A stretch of 64,000 nt of DNA, taken from positions 1-64,000 of the IMG/VR virus record IMGVR_UViG_3300009149_000023, one strand, 5' to 3'. A program made the translations under genes and the position numbers. Each line of letters begins with the position of its first letter. The first letter of the stretch is position 1. The notes under the pieces are model-generated. The model made no database searches. It saw only the letters and a program-made list of their open reading frames with translations, and was not told the origin of the DNA. Positions 38,881 through 48,722 of the stretch are shown here, one piece after another. This stretch comes from a virus.

Positions 38881-41800
38881 ATGAGCGTCGACCAAAGATT
38901 AATACAAGTACGTTCAGTTGATCCACTCCAGGAGATTACATCCGATGGAGTGAACAATAAACTAAAAGCTATAGTGTCTGAGAACAAAGGTGTCTTCAGT
39001 GGCTTTGAGTTTATTCAACTGACACCTACTACTTTCAAAGTAAACCCTGGTATATGTTTGAAAGACTATGTAACTATTAAATATGATGAAGCGGTTACCT
39101 TAGAAATTACCTCCCTTGGTGATGGCTTTCATCACATTGTATTAGAATATGTTTATGAAAAAACTATCCCTTTATATATAGCAGAGATTAAAATAGTAAC
39201 CCCAGCAGAGTATACTGCTGAGCCTGCTAAGTATTTATATTTAGGAACTTTACAGATTGATCTAGCAGCAATTGTTTATTTATCACAAGTATATCCAGCA
39301 GACCCTTCTTTATTTAGAAGAGTACTTTTAACACACAACTCTTATGAAGACTTACAAGGTGGTCAGAAAACTACGGATGAATTTTATCATTTATCTGAAG
39401 CAGAACATACAGCCGTTGGTTCTATGGTTGTTCCTACAGGAATGCCTCATAATGGTCTTGGTCACCTTGAAGGTGGTAATGGCACAGATGAATTTTACCA
39501 CTTTATAGCAAATGAATGGTCAGGTATTGTAGCTGTAATGAATGACGACCAAGCAGCTTGGCATCTTAACCCTCTATACATTGGAGGCAGTTTTGTAAAT
39601 GCCGATAAGCTAGGAACTAAAGATGCAACAGATTTAGCATTAGCTGTTCATACTCATGTGCATAATGACTTAAATACTATTCAAGGTGGAGTAGCAACAG
39701 AAAGATATCATGTTGACGAACAAGAACATATTGACTTGTCTGCTATACTAGCTACACACACTGTGGAGAACACAAGTAAGCTAGGAGGAAGGCTGGACAG
39801 TGACTTTGCTTTAGCAACTCATGTTCATGATCATTCTGGTGTAGAGATTTTAAGTCAGCAAGGCGGACAAGCAAATGAATACTATCATTTATCTGATAGT
39901 CAGTTAGTAACCATATGGGACATAGTACAGGAAACTGAGAAGTTTCCTAATGCTGACAAGCTTAACGGCCACGATTCATCATACTTTGCTTTAGTAGGTC
40001 ATGTACATAGTCATAACGATGAATGGACAAACCTACAAGGTGGACAAGCAAATGAATACTATCATCTAAGTGCAGCTAACTTAACATTCCTTCAAGAAGT
40101 TATCAGTGGAGCCACGAAGGCTCCGAATGCTAATCTACTTGGTGGTTATGATAGTTCTCATTTTGCTCAAGCTAATCATACACATAACCACAGTAACCTG
40201 TTAACTATTCAGGGAGGCATTTCGGGCCAACAGTATCACTTAGACGCAGACTTTTATGATGCTTTAACTAATGCAGCTACCCCGACGGGAACAAACTATT
40301 TATTAACAGGTAGTGACTTTTCTGTAGGAGTCCTTGATCATAATGACTTAACTACTATTCAAGGCGGAAGCTCAACTTATAGAATGCATTTAACACAAGC
40401 TCAACATGGAAGTTTGTCTACAGGTATAACAACGACATTGCATGCACATTCGGCTTATTACAGGAGATCAGAGTCAGATGCTAACTATGTAAACAGAACA
40501 GGAGATACTTTAGCAGCGCTTAATCTCGCTAATCATAGTATTATTGGATTAGCTGCTCCATCTGTTTCTACAGACTTAGCAAACAAACAATATGCTGATA
40601 GTCATTTAGCATCAGCTTTTGATCATAATGCTGTTCAAGACATCCAAGGCGGCATCCCGACTGAAAAATATCACTTTACCTTACAGCAATTTAATGAACT
40701 GACTGGAGTCGCTGTAGTAAGTCAACATGAGCACGATGGAAGATATTACACACAATCATTAAGTGACACTGCTTTTATAAACAGGAATGGTGATATGTTA
40801 ACTGGAACTGTTAACATGAGTAACAATAGAGTTACAACTGTTCCTTATGCATCTGTTGCTACAGACATAGCAAGTAAGCAGTATGTAGAAGATAATGCGG
40901 GCATACTTCCAACAGCGAGTGTATTAAAACATTATAGCAGAAATGCTTCTCCTATGACAGGTAAAAGTTTTGCACATATAAATAAAGCTGATAACTTCTT
41001 TGATAACTTTACTGCAATAGCAACTAAAGCATTTCCTACAACTCCTCCGTGGACTCCAACATCAGTGCAACTAAGCTTTACTTTTTCACAGTATGACGCT
41101 TTTTCTGATTCAACTATTGTTATGGGGTCAGCATTGTCCACTGGACAAGGTTTTGCTTCTTTTGTTCAAAAGATTTCATCGTCCCATACAGTAACAGATA
41201 TCGCAACTGTTAACTATTGGTTATTCTGTTCACCTATTGTTAGACATCCTGCAAACGGAAAGTATTATGTTTTATCTATGGATGATGGCTCAGGCGGTAT
41301 TACGCCTTCTGACAATAATGTTAAACTATTATCATCTACTGATTTAATTAGTTGGAGTGCGGCTGATAGCAATGTATTTACTGGCAACATGACATCCAGC
41401 CCACTGTTCGGTTATCTATTAGCAGAAGGCAATTATATCTATGCTTTAATTTTCACCGGAGGAGGAACTCCGGGCAATTCAGTAAGATTCTATAGCTGGG
41501 ATGTAACTTCCGGTCATGCAAGAACATTATACTTTACACGTTCAGTAGGTGCTGTTACTAAGTTTGATGGATTGTTTAATTTCAACAATGCAGGCTTTAT
41601 GACTACTATTAACAATAAAGTAAGCGTATTCGATACAGCAGGTACTTGGGTTGATATAACAGCTTCTAGTCCTGCGCAAGTTGCTGCTGTTAATAGTAAT
41701 ACACTAGTAACAAATGATTGGTCAGGTTCATCTATACAGTTAGGCGCTTACAACGGTGAATCAACTCCTAACGGTATAACACATATCTTATATTCATCAG

Positions 41801-42033
41801 TAAATGCAATAAACGTTTCTCAGAATATGAGAACAGCTTCATTAGCAACAAGAAGTAATGCTACATACTTTGTGGGGAGACCTAATACAGGTATGGGTGC
41901 TTTAGACTTATATAAGATTTATAGAACCACTACTACACATGCTTTCAAGAGTCCTTTGATGACTAATAATAACTACGCAAGCAATACTCTCGCTCAAAAA
42001 TTCAATAATCAATACTACTATAAGAGGTCATAG
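38881..42033 (+). CDS. Tail fibre 3 with His-rich repeats and distal beta-rich receptor-binding region
   Basis: Same repeat family; distal SSTDLISWS Asp-box-like segment. Confidence 0.8.
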   Translation: MSVDQRLIQVRSVDPLQEITSDGVNNKLKAIVSENKGVFSGFEFIQLTPTTFKVNPGICLKDYVTIKYDEAVTLEITSLGDGFHHIVLEYVYEKTIPLYIAEIKIVTPAEYTAEPAKYLYLGTLQIDLAAIVYLSQVYPADPSLFRRVLLTHNSYEDLQGGQKTTDEFYHLSEAEHTAVGSMVVPTGMPHNGLGHLEGGNGTDEFYHFIANEWSGIVAVMNDDQAAWHLNPLYIGGSFVNADKLGTKDATDLALAVHTHVHNDLNTIQGGVATERYHVDEQEHIDLSAILATHTVENTSKLGGRLDSDFALATHVHDHSGVEILSQQGGQANEYYHLSDSQLVTIWDIVQETEKFPNADKLNGHDSSYFALVGHVHSHNDEWTNLQGGQANEYYHLSAANLTFLQEVISGATKAPNANLLGGYDSSHFAQANHTHNHSNLLTIQGGISGQQYHLDADFYDALTNAATPTGTNYLLTGSDFSVGVLDHNDLTTIQGGSSTYRMHLTQAQHGSLSTGITTTLHAHSAYYRRSESDANYVNRTGDTLAALNLANHSIIGLAAPSVSTDLANKQYADSHLASAFDHNAVQDIQGGIPTEKYHFTLQQFNELTGVAVVSQHEHDGRYYTQSLSDTAFINRNGDMLTGTVNMSNNRVTTVPYASVATDIASKQYVEDNAGILPTASVLKHYSRNASPMTGKSFAHINKADNFFDNFTAIATKAFPTTPPWTPTSVQLSFTFSQYDAFSDSTIVMGSALSTGQGFASFVQKISSSHTVTDIATVNYWLFCSPIVRHPANGKYYVLSMDDGSGGITPSDNNVKLLSSTDLISWSAADSNVFTGNMTSSPLFGYLLAEGNYIYALIFTGGGTPGNSVRFYSWDVTSGHARTLYFTRSVGAVTKFDGLFNFNNAGFMTTINNKVSVFDTAGTWVDITASSPAQVAAVNSNTLVTNDWSGSSIQLGAYNGESTPNGITHILYSSVNAINVSQNMRTASLATRSNATYFVGRPNTGMGALDLYKIYRTTTTHAFKSPLMTNNNYASNTLAQKFNNQYYYKRS

Positions 42034-42050
42034 TATGATAAGGAGTGAGT

Positions 42051-42176
42051 ATGCAACAAGACACAACACAAGTAAAGGTAGACGACCATGAACTCGAACG
42101 CCCGCCCTCTCTTGACTCAGTATTGGAACTGCTTGAATGGATCATGCGACCCGACGAAAAAGAAAAAGGGGAGTGA
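42051..42176 (+). CDS. Small hypothetical protein (41 aa)
   Basis: RBS AAGGAG; MQQDTTQVKVDDHELERPPSLDSVLELLEWIMRPDEKEKGE; below the ORF-track cutoff. Confidence 0.5.
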   Translation: MQQDTTQVKVDDHELERPPSLDSVLELLEWIMRPDEKEKGE

Positions 42177-42177
42177 C

Positions 42178-42300
42178 ATGGTCATAGCAAAAGATGATAA
42201 GGATCTCAATTACGGTTTGAACTATACAACCGATGAACATTTACTTGCATTTCACGATAATGAACTATTAAAGAAGAAGGAGCCTAAAGATGAGCTTTAA
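42178..42300 (+). CDS. Small hypothetical protein (40 aa)
   Basis: RBS GGGGAG; MVIAKDDKDLNY... Confidence 0.45.
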   Translation: MVIAKDDKDLNYGLNYTTDEHLLAFHDNELLKKKEPKDEL

Positions 42301-42562
42301 GCATGAATTGAGTGCTATACTAGTAGAAGCACTTGAGGTTACTGATAAGGTTGCACTAACAGACAAAGACGTACCTAGTCTAACAGTACCTAAACTAATA
42401 GCATTTATTAGGCGGACTGGTAAGAAAAGTGAAACCTTAGCTGCATTAAATAGTATTAAGAGTCGTTTGGAAAAAGAGAACCCTCGCGTATCAAAAAAAG
42501 CTGCAGAATTAGTTGAAGCTTTGAAAAAAGATTCCGCTTGGGCAACCTTGAAACAGAAGTAA
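42290..42562 (+). CDS. Hypothetical protein
   Basis: 90 aa, RBS AAGGAG. Confidence 0.55.
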   Translation: MSFKHELSAILVEALEVTDKVALTDKDVPSLTVPKLIAFIRRTGKKSETLAALNSIKSRLEKENPRVSKKAAELVEALKKDSAWATLKQK

Positions 42563-42571
42563 GGAGTTACA

Positions 42572-42757
42572 TTGTTTAAGTCTAAAGAGGAAGCGCTGCT
42601 TGCAGCGAAGAAAACAATAGCTTGGTTAGATTCTGATGAAGGCAAACAAGCTATGCAAGATGCTATTAAGAAAGGAACACCTTTTTCTGACAAGATAGCG
42701 CGGGCTCGAAGAATTGATCCTGCACTGCTTAGAATACCATTGTGCCCTTTTCGGTGA
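42572..42757 (+). CDS. Small hypothetical protein
   Basis: TTG start, RBS AAGGAG. Confidence 0.5.
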   Translation: MFKSKEEALLAAKKTIAWLDSDEGKQAMQDAIKKGTPFSDKIARARRIDPALLRIPLCPFR

Positions 42758-42775
42758 TTTATTGTAAGTTTGTTT

Positions 42776-42790
42776 AAACACAACAATCGA
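42776..42790 (+). promoter_or_regulatory. Candidate phage-RNAP promoter motif AAACACAACAATCGA
   Basis: Intergenic, ~40 nt before ATG 42827. Confidence 0.6.
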
Positions 42791-42826
42791 TAGATACTTA
42801 ACTTTCTTCAGGAGGAATACTTAATC

Positions 42827-43411
42827 ATGACGACTGTAAATCAAATCACTACCTACAAACACAAGTTACTTTACCAAGTTAGTAAGAAGGTCGCTACTCA
42901 TTTAAATGAGGTAAACTGGCAGGGACAAACCGAAAGATTGTATCATACGTTGGTAATCATGTTAGAACAAATGATTGATAGACTTGCAGTTTCACGAATG
43001 AGAGTTGCTGTATGGAATGTGTTAGGTACTGAAAAAATTTCATGTGAGTACGAACTAGGTGCTTGTTTAAATGAACTATGTTACAATTCTGTTTCATCTT
43101 CATCTTACTTAATAGACATAATTGTTTCTTACATAGTTGAAAAGAAGAAAGAAGATCCAGCAGAATTTTTTAGAAAATGTGTTGTAGAGTTCACAGCTAT
43201 TTGGTTGGATGAACGAGGTGAACATATTGGGCATGACGATCCCATTACCGAAACAGATATTTATTCTCTGTTATTACATGAGCCTGAAACACGAAAGTTA
43301 GTTCAAGCTATGCTTATAACTAGAGGAATTTTAAAACCTTCAGCAGAACCAGTTGAAGATGTTAAAGGCAATCAGCCTGAACAATTAGAATTATTTGATC
43401 AAGGAGCTTAA
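42827..43411 (+). CDS. Hypothetical protein with C-terminal QLELF motif
   Basis: 194 aa, RBS GGAGG. Confidence 0.6.
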   Translation: MTTVNQITTYKHKLLYQVSKKVATHLNEVNWQGQTERLYHTLVIMLEQMIDRLAVSRMRVAVWNVLGTEKISCEYELGACLNELCYNSVSSSSYLIDIIVSYIVEKKKEDPAEFFRKCVVEFTAIWLDERGEHIGHDDPITETDIYSLLLHEPETRKLVQAMLITRGILKPSAEPVEDVKGNQPEQLELFDQGA

Positions 43412-43414
43412 ACA

Positions 43415-43717
43415 ATGTCCGACAGCAAAAGTAGAACTAACTTAATGATAGATGCAAGACACTACTTCACTGCTGTATGGAAGTCAGAGCAACTTGCAAA
43501 TAATATTCCTTGCTTTGAGAATGTTTTAGAGAAAGCAACTGATCTTGCAATGTTATCTGCTGCTTATGAACTAAATGAAGCATTAGCAGAAGAGTTAGCT
43601 GCTCGTGCATTAACAGAGCAGACTATGAATGTAGAATGGATTCAGCAAAAACTTACCTCTCTTGGTAAGCAGAACGATAAAATCATTTACTTGATTAAGA
43701 AGGTGTTAAGAGCATAA
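43415..43717 (+). CDS. Hypothetical protein
   Basis: 100 aa, RBS AAGGAG. Confidence 0.55.
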   Translation: MSDSKSRTNLMIDARHYFTAVWKSEQLANNIPCFENVLEKATDLAMLSAAYELNEALAEELAARALTEQTMNVEWIQQKLTSLGKQNDKIIYLIKKVLRA

Positions 43718-43811
43718 CTAGCTACCGCTTTTCAAAGATAAACGAATATATCTGAAGGATTAGAAAAGCACATGCAGTATGCTGAACAGGATAGAAGGAG
43801 GTTTCTATATC

Positions 43812-44846
43812 ATGAGTAATAACATCAAAACCCTACTGGAACAAATTGAAGCCAAATACAATGGCCCAATCGAACCACTTATTCGCGCAAAAGCTAATCT
43901 TAATGCGGGAGTAGACTATAGCACACTAGGTAAAAGACTTCAGGGTTTCATTTCGCAGAAACTTTATGAGTCTCTTAGCTCAGGCAGTGTAGTTGACGTT
44001 GACGGATTGTGTGAAAACATTATCGGTATTATCCGTGAAGAAATGGATGAACGTGAACTAGTAAAACATGAAAAAGGTGACAAAGACGAAGAAGAGGAAG
44101 TGCAAAAAGAAGCCACAGACTCTGACAATGATAACGAAGCAGAGTTTCGACAGGATGATGATGCTGTAACTGAATCTCTAGAAGAGCAGGTTAACGCAAT
44201 CCTTGAAGAACTGGAAGGCGAAGAAGAAAAAGAAAAAGATGGATCTCTTGAAGAAGAGATTAATCAGATCTTTGAAGATCTTGAGGATGAAGGCGAAGGA
44301 AGCGACGAAGCTGATGAACAGGAAGAGCCTGAATGTATTCCTAACCCAAAGTTTAAAGCAAAAGAAGCTCCAGCCGAAGAAGTTCCAGCCGAAGAAGAAA
44401 AGAAAGATGACGAAGATCTTTCTTTAGAAGATCAGATCAACACAATGCTTGATGAACTTCTAATAGAAGGTGAAGGTGAAGGCGAAGAAGAAGAAGAGAA
44501 AGATGAACCCGCTATGGATGAACTTGAAGACGAAGAAATTGAAAAAGAAATTTCTGAAATCCTCGAAGCTCTTGATAAAGACGACGACGAAGAGAAAAAA
44601 CCTGAAACAGTAGAGGAATCTCTTTCTGAACTCGTTTCCAGTATCCTTGAAGAACTTGAAGATGACAAAGACAACGCTGAAGACATCGTCAATGAAATGA
44701 AAGAAGGTGCTGAAGAAGAAGAATCAGTAGAAGACATCGAGAAGAAAGTTGAAAGTGTTCTCGAAAGTCGTGGAATCAATATCGGATCCAATAAAGTTAA
44801 AGCTCTTACAGAAGCTCTTGTGAATTCAATTCTCAAGGATCTGTAA
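43812..44846 (+). CDS. Acidic prohead core/scaffolding protein
   Basis: Very Glu/Asp-rich; repeated SLEEQ(V/I)N.IL.EL; LxE sites; near portal; start moved to ATG 43812. Confidence 0.65.
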   Translation: MSNNIKTLLEQIEAKYNGPIEPLIRAKANLNAGVDYSTLGKRLQGFISQKLYESLSSGSVVDVDGLCENIIGIIREEMDERELVKHEKGDKDEEEEVQKEATDSDNDNEAEFRQDDDAVTESLEEQVNAILEELEGEEEKEKDGSLEEEINQIFEDLEDEGEGSDEADEQEEPECIPNPKFKAKEAPAEEVPAEEEKKDDEDLSLEDQINTMLDELLIEGEGEGEEEEEKDEPAMDELEDEEIEKEISEILEALDKDDDEEKKPETVEESLSELVSSILEELEDDKDNAEDIVNEMKEGAEEEESVEDIEKKVESVLESRGINIGSNKVKALTEALVNSILKDL

Positions 44847-44871
44847 TCTCAAATTTTAACTACGTTTACAG

Positions 44872-44908
44872 TATGGCGGAGTGTTTAGTCGCTCCGCCAT
44901 ATTTTTTT
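44872..44908 (+). terminator. Intrinsic terminator
   Basis: TATGGCGGAG...CTCCGCCATA stem followed by T7. Confidence 0.85.
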
Positions 44909-44933
44909 GCCAATTTCCTAAGGAGGAATACAA

Positions 44934-45362
44934 ATGAAGAAGATTAAGATACTAACCGCAGGAAGGATTAAGCTTCCCTACTTTGGTACTTTCCAAGAAA
45001 TGCGCTTACCTGCAACTATCCCCTATTCATCAGCAGCTGAAATGATTTGCAGGTCACACAAACTCAAGTTTGAAATTATCGATGAAGTAGAAGCTAGTGT
45101 TCCTAAAGTTGATCCTATTAAGGAAGAAGCCCCTAAAGTAGAAGAAGTACTTCCTGAGTTAAAGGATGAACTAGTCAAAGAACTAGAAAAAGAAGGAGTG
45201 ATAGCAGAAGAAGTAGTTGCTGGCCAGGAACTTCCGGATCCTAACGAACTTGCTAAACAAGAAGAAGCGAAGAAGTTAGTTGCGGAAGAGAAAGCCAAAA
45301 AGAAAGCTAAAGAACAGAAAGAAAAAGAAAAGAAAGCTAAAGAGCAAAAAGCTAAGAAATAA
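44934..45362 (+). CDS. Lys/Glu-rich hypothetical protein
   Basis: RBS AAGGAGG; KEQK repeats at C-terminus. Confidence 0.6.
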   Translation: MKKIKILTAGRIKLPYFGTFQEMRLPATIPYSSAAEMICRSHKLKFEIIDEVEASVPKVDPIKEEAPKVEEVLPELKDELVKELEKEGVIAEEVVAGQELPDPNELAKQEEAKKLVAEEKAKKKAKEQKEKEKKAKEQKAKK

Positions 45363-45397
45363 TCACGCAAGTTTACAGCCTCAGGAGGGTTACTTTA

Positions 45398-45667
45398 ATG
45401 ACAACGAATCTTTACAAGCTAGTGATGATTTTAAAAGGTGGTAGAGCTGTCGTGATAACCACATCTTCAAGCAGAGAAGACCTTTTGGTACAATTTGAAA
45501 TTGTGTTAGAAAGGATAAAAGACAAAGCAAAATTTATCCACTTAAACAGTGGAGACGACGATGCTTTAATATGTGTTGATGAGATTGCTACTATAATGAT
45601 TAGTGATTCTCAGAATTCATATTCTATGTCTCAAAATAACGATCATAAAAGAAGGAGTAATAGCTAA
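45398..45667 (+). CDS. Small hypothetical protein
   Basis: RBS GGAGG. Confidence 0.55.
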   Translation: MTTNLYKLVMILKGGRAVVITTSSSREDLLVQFEIVLERIKDKAKFIHLNSGDDDALICVDEIATIMISDSQNSYSMSQNNDHKRRSNS

Positions 45668-46155
45668 TGTATTCCTTTCTTTATTTCCTAGGAGGCTTTG
45701 TTACATGTTTGGTGTTAGCAATAGCATACAATCATAGAGCTAATAAAGCACCCAAGATCAACAATCATTTAAACGAGTTCAAGACAGCTCTTGCTCTAAT
45801 ACAATTTTTCTGTGAAAGAGCTTATGAGTTATTTTATCGTTTAAAGATACAACCTACAAACATTATAAAAGAACCTTTATCTAATGTAGAGTATGCTGCA
45901 TTAAGAAAAGACTTTTATAAGTTTACGTTGGAACAGATGGGTGACGAGCTTGCTAAGGTAGGAAGTTTCTATTTTGGCGGCACAATTCCACTTATCCGTT
46001 ATATTTCTAATTACTTTGAGGATAAGTTGATGGAAACTAGATCAACAGCTTCATTGGATTTGTTTAACACATCCACCAGACAAGGAAAGCAGCGTTTAGC
46101 TGATCTTGCTAAGCAATATGTTGAAGTTCGGCCTGACCGGGCTGAAGGGAAGTAA
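45667..46155 (+). CDS. Protein with N-terminal membrane anchor
   Basis: MYSFLYFLGGFVTCLVLAIAY. Confidence 0.55.
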   Translation: MYSFLYFLGGFVTCLVLAIAYNHRANKAPKINNHLNEFKTALALIQFFCERAYELFYRLKIQPTNIIKEPLSNVEYAALRKDFYKFTLEQMGDELAKVGSFYFGGTIPLIRYISNYFEDKLMETRSTASLDLFNTSTRQGKQRLADLAKQYVEVRPDRAEGK

Positions 46156-46158
46156 TCA

Positions 46159-48144
46159 ATGGGATTTGATACACAATTAAAAAACTTAAAAGATACTTTA
46201 TTCGGAGCTTCAGTTGTTTCAGTTGATGATGCTATAGAGCAGGTAACTAAGGAGATCATCACTAAACAAAAGTTTAAGACTACTACCATTGTTGAGCTTC
46301 TTAGAAATTTAACAAAGTTAGAAGGCAAAGAGGAAACCGATCAGCCTGGAACTTCTTTTGTTGAAATGCTTAAGAAAGGTGTCTCAAGAAAGAAGTTTGC
46401 TCCAGAGACAGATAGGTCAGAAAGATATAGACAAATTGATTATATCTATGATAACAATCCTCAGGTTGCGCAGGCTCTTAAAGTGTTTGTGGATAACTGC
46501 TTGTCTCCTGACGTGTTTACTAAAAACACTTTAGACGTAATTTGTACATTACTTCAGTCAGAGGATACATCAGAATTTGAACAAGCTAAACGATATATGC
46601 TTTCTATTCAGAAACATTATAAGATGGAAGAGCATGTAACGGAGATAACAGCCTTGTTCTTAAAGTATGGTGATGTGTTTGTAGAAGTTATTAATCCTAA
46701 AGAAGAATTAATGTACTACGGTGTACTGCAAGAAAAAGCAGCATCCGCTGATGACCATGTTAGACATTATTCTTTAGCCGGTCCGCCTTTACATGAATTC
46801 ACACAATCGTCTACTACACTACTAGAACAAAATATGCCTAAGATAACGGGCGGTGATGTTCTTATGGAAGCAGACACTAGTGAAAGAAGTGCTGGCGAAG
46901 GAACTGGTAAAAAAGATACATCTGGTTTAAACACTGATGGAAAAGAAAAAGACGTTAAGAAAAGTAAATGGGAACTTAACGATCTTAGGATTAAAGTACA
47001 CAACCCCAACAACGTTATAGTGTTGCAGGAACAAGGTATTATCTTAGGCTACTTAGTTTTAGAAGCTAAGGACACCGGAGCAAGTTTTGCTGGTGGTGGA
47101 ATGTCTGGTGGTGTAAGTGAAACAGGGGCTGTAATAGATGAAATAGTTAGAAACATTCTTCAAAAAGCAGGAGACCTTTTACAGCGTCCCGGATTAAAGA
47201 ATGATTCTGAAGCTATTAACATACTATACAATTTATTAAAAAGAGAGAAGTTAAAGTTAGGTGAGATGGTAACTAGGTTAGTTATGCCTAACCGCTTACA
47301 GCACTTCAAACTTCTTCCTTCTAAGTTTGACCCTTATGGAGAGTCTATATTCTATCCTGTGCTGTTTACAGCAAAACTTCTCACTACATTAAGAGGAGCC
47401 TTAGTTATTTATAGACTTTCAAGAGCGCCGGAAAGGCGCGTGTTCAATATTGAGACAGGTCTATCGAGAGATGCTGCTGCTATAATTGAACAGGTTAAGA
47501 ATGAAATGGATAGACGAGAAGTTACTATCGACGATTTAGGATCGATAGATACAATCTCTTCTATGACATCTACCTTTGAATCTATTTACTTGCCTATGAC
47601 TAATGGTAAGAAGTTCATAGAACTTGAAACTATGCAAGGTGGACAACTTGCTGACAAAGTAGAAGATATTAACTTTGTACTAAAAGAAGTCCTTTCAGGA
47701 TTAGGAATCCCGCCAGCACTATTAGGATACGAGGCAGACATTGAAAGCAAATCGACTTTATCGCAACAAAATATTAAGTTTGCGAGAAGCATTATTCAGA
47801 TACAAAAACTACTATCGCAGTACTTCACTAATCTATACTTGATGACTGTTGAGATAACAGAACCAGAAATGATCAATCTAGTTACTATGACAACTGCCGT
47901 AGCTCTAAAACCTCCTAGAAGTTTAATGCTTGCAGGCTTAACAGAAATGGCTGAAGAATTAGACAAGCTTGTTGATACTTTTAAGAAGCTTGAATATCCT
48001 GTTGAAAGGATTATTAGTTATTACTTCGGTGATATTATGGAGCCTGAGATACTTGAACAGTATAGAGTGCAAGCTAGAGCTGAAAAGCAGATACTAGCTG
48101 CTGGAGACGAAGAAGATGAAGGCGGCGAAGGTGGAGGCTTTTGA
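46159..48144 (+). CDS. Portal protein, T4 gp20-like
   Basis: PYGESIF...LRGALVIYRLSRAPERRVFNIETG; IELETMQGG...VEDINF...LGIPPALLG...FARSIIQIQ. Confidence 0.92.
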   Translation: MGFDTQLKNLKDTLFGASVVSVDDAIEQVTKEIITKQKFKTTTIVELLRNLTKLEGKEETDQPGTSFVEMLKKGVSRKKFAPETDRSERYRQIDYIYDNNPQVAQALKVFVDNCLSPDVFTKNTLDVICTLLQSEDTSEFEQAKRYMLSIQKHYKMEEHVTEITALFLKYGDVFVEVINPKEELMYYGVLQEKAASADDHVRHYSLAGPPLHEFTQSSTTLLEQNMPKITGGDVLMEADTSERSAGEGTGKKDTSGLNTDGKEKDVKKSKWELNDLRIKVHNPNNVIVLQEQGIILGYLVLEAKDTGASFAGGGMSGGVSETGAVIDEIVRNILQKAGDLLQRPGLKNDSEAINILYNLLKREKLKLGEMVTRLVMPNRLQHFKLLPSKFDPYGESIFYPVLFTAKLLTTLRGALVIYRLSRAPERRVFNIETGLSRDAAAIIEQVKNEMDRREVTIDDLGSIDTISSMTSTFESIYLPMTNGKKFIELETMQGGQLADKVEDINFVLKEVLSGLGIPPALLGYEADIESKSTLSQQNIKFARSIIQIQKLLSQYFTNLYLMTVEITEPEMINLVTMTTAVALKPPRSLMLAGLTEMAEELDKLVDTFKKLEYPVERIISYYFGDIMEPEILEQYRVQARAEKQILAAGDEEDEGGEGGGF

Positions 48145-48722
48145 TGAATGACGCTTTCAACAAGTTCTTAACCTTACTTGAACAAGCGGAGGATAGTTAT
48201 CCTTTCTTAGACGATGTAACTGCGCCAGAGCCGCTAACAGAAGCTCCTAAAGCTGAAGAAAAGAAAAGTAAGGAAAAAAAGAAGAAAGAAGCTCCTGATC
48301 CTTTTGCAGCAGGAGACGAAAAGAAAGAAGACGCACCTGCCGGGGATGAAAAGAAAGAAGATGCTCCTGCAGATGACAAGGATCCTTTTGGTGGCGGAGA
48401 TGCAGCCGAAGGTGGTGAAGAAAAAAGTGATGAAGATGTATTCAAGAGTTGGATAATCATTCAGACTACCATTAAAGCTTTAAAGAACTACCTTGTATTA
48501 CTTGATCTATTACTTAGACGCGACTTTGAAAAGAAGTTCTTTGAATTTCAGAAGAAGGTTGCTTCTTTTGATGATACTTTACAGATTCTAGTAAAGTATT
48601 GGAAGAACATCAAAGAACGCGATAAAATTATTAAACTTGTGCAGCATACGTCTATTGCACTGAAGAAAGATTTCATTAATCTCTTAAAGGAAGCTAAACA
48701 TGATGAACAACACAAATCGTAA
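48141..48722 (+). CDS. Prohead core/internal protein
   Basis: Between portal and protease; LLE/LTE sites; repeated AGDEKKEDAP. Confidence 0.5.
   Translation: MMNDAFNKFLTLLEQAEDSYPFLDDVTAPEPLTEAPKAEEKKSKEKKKKEAPDPFAAGDEKKEDAPAGDEKKEDAPADDKDPFGGGDAAEGGEEKSDEDVFKSWIIIQTTIKALKNYLVLLDLLLRRDFEKKFFEFQKKVASFDDTLQILVKYWKNIKERDKIIKLVQHTSIALKKDFINLLKEAKHDEQHKS

Noticed and set aside
33497-42033. Diversity-generating retroelement acting on the fibre tips
   Set aside because: No reverse transcriptase in the window and no template/variable repeat pair differing at adenines seen
42088-42300. 70-aa ORF as called in the track
   Set aside because: Two shorter RBS-supported ORFs (42051..42176 and 42178..42300) tile the region better
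12351-43756. ATATATCTGAA in two intergenic gaps (12355 and 43746) as a second promoter class
   Set aside because: Only two copies, and the first points away from its downstream gene (part of an AGATATATATCT palindrome); insufficient support
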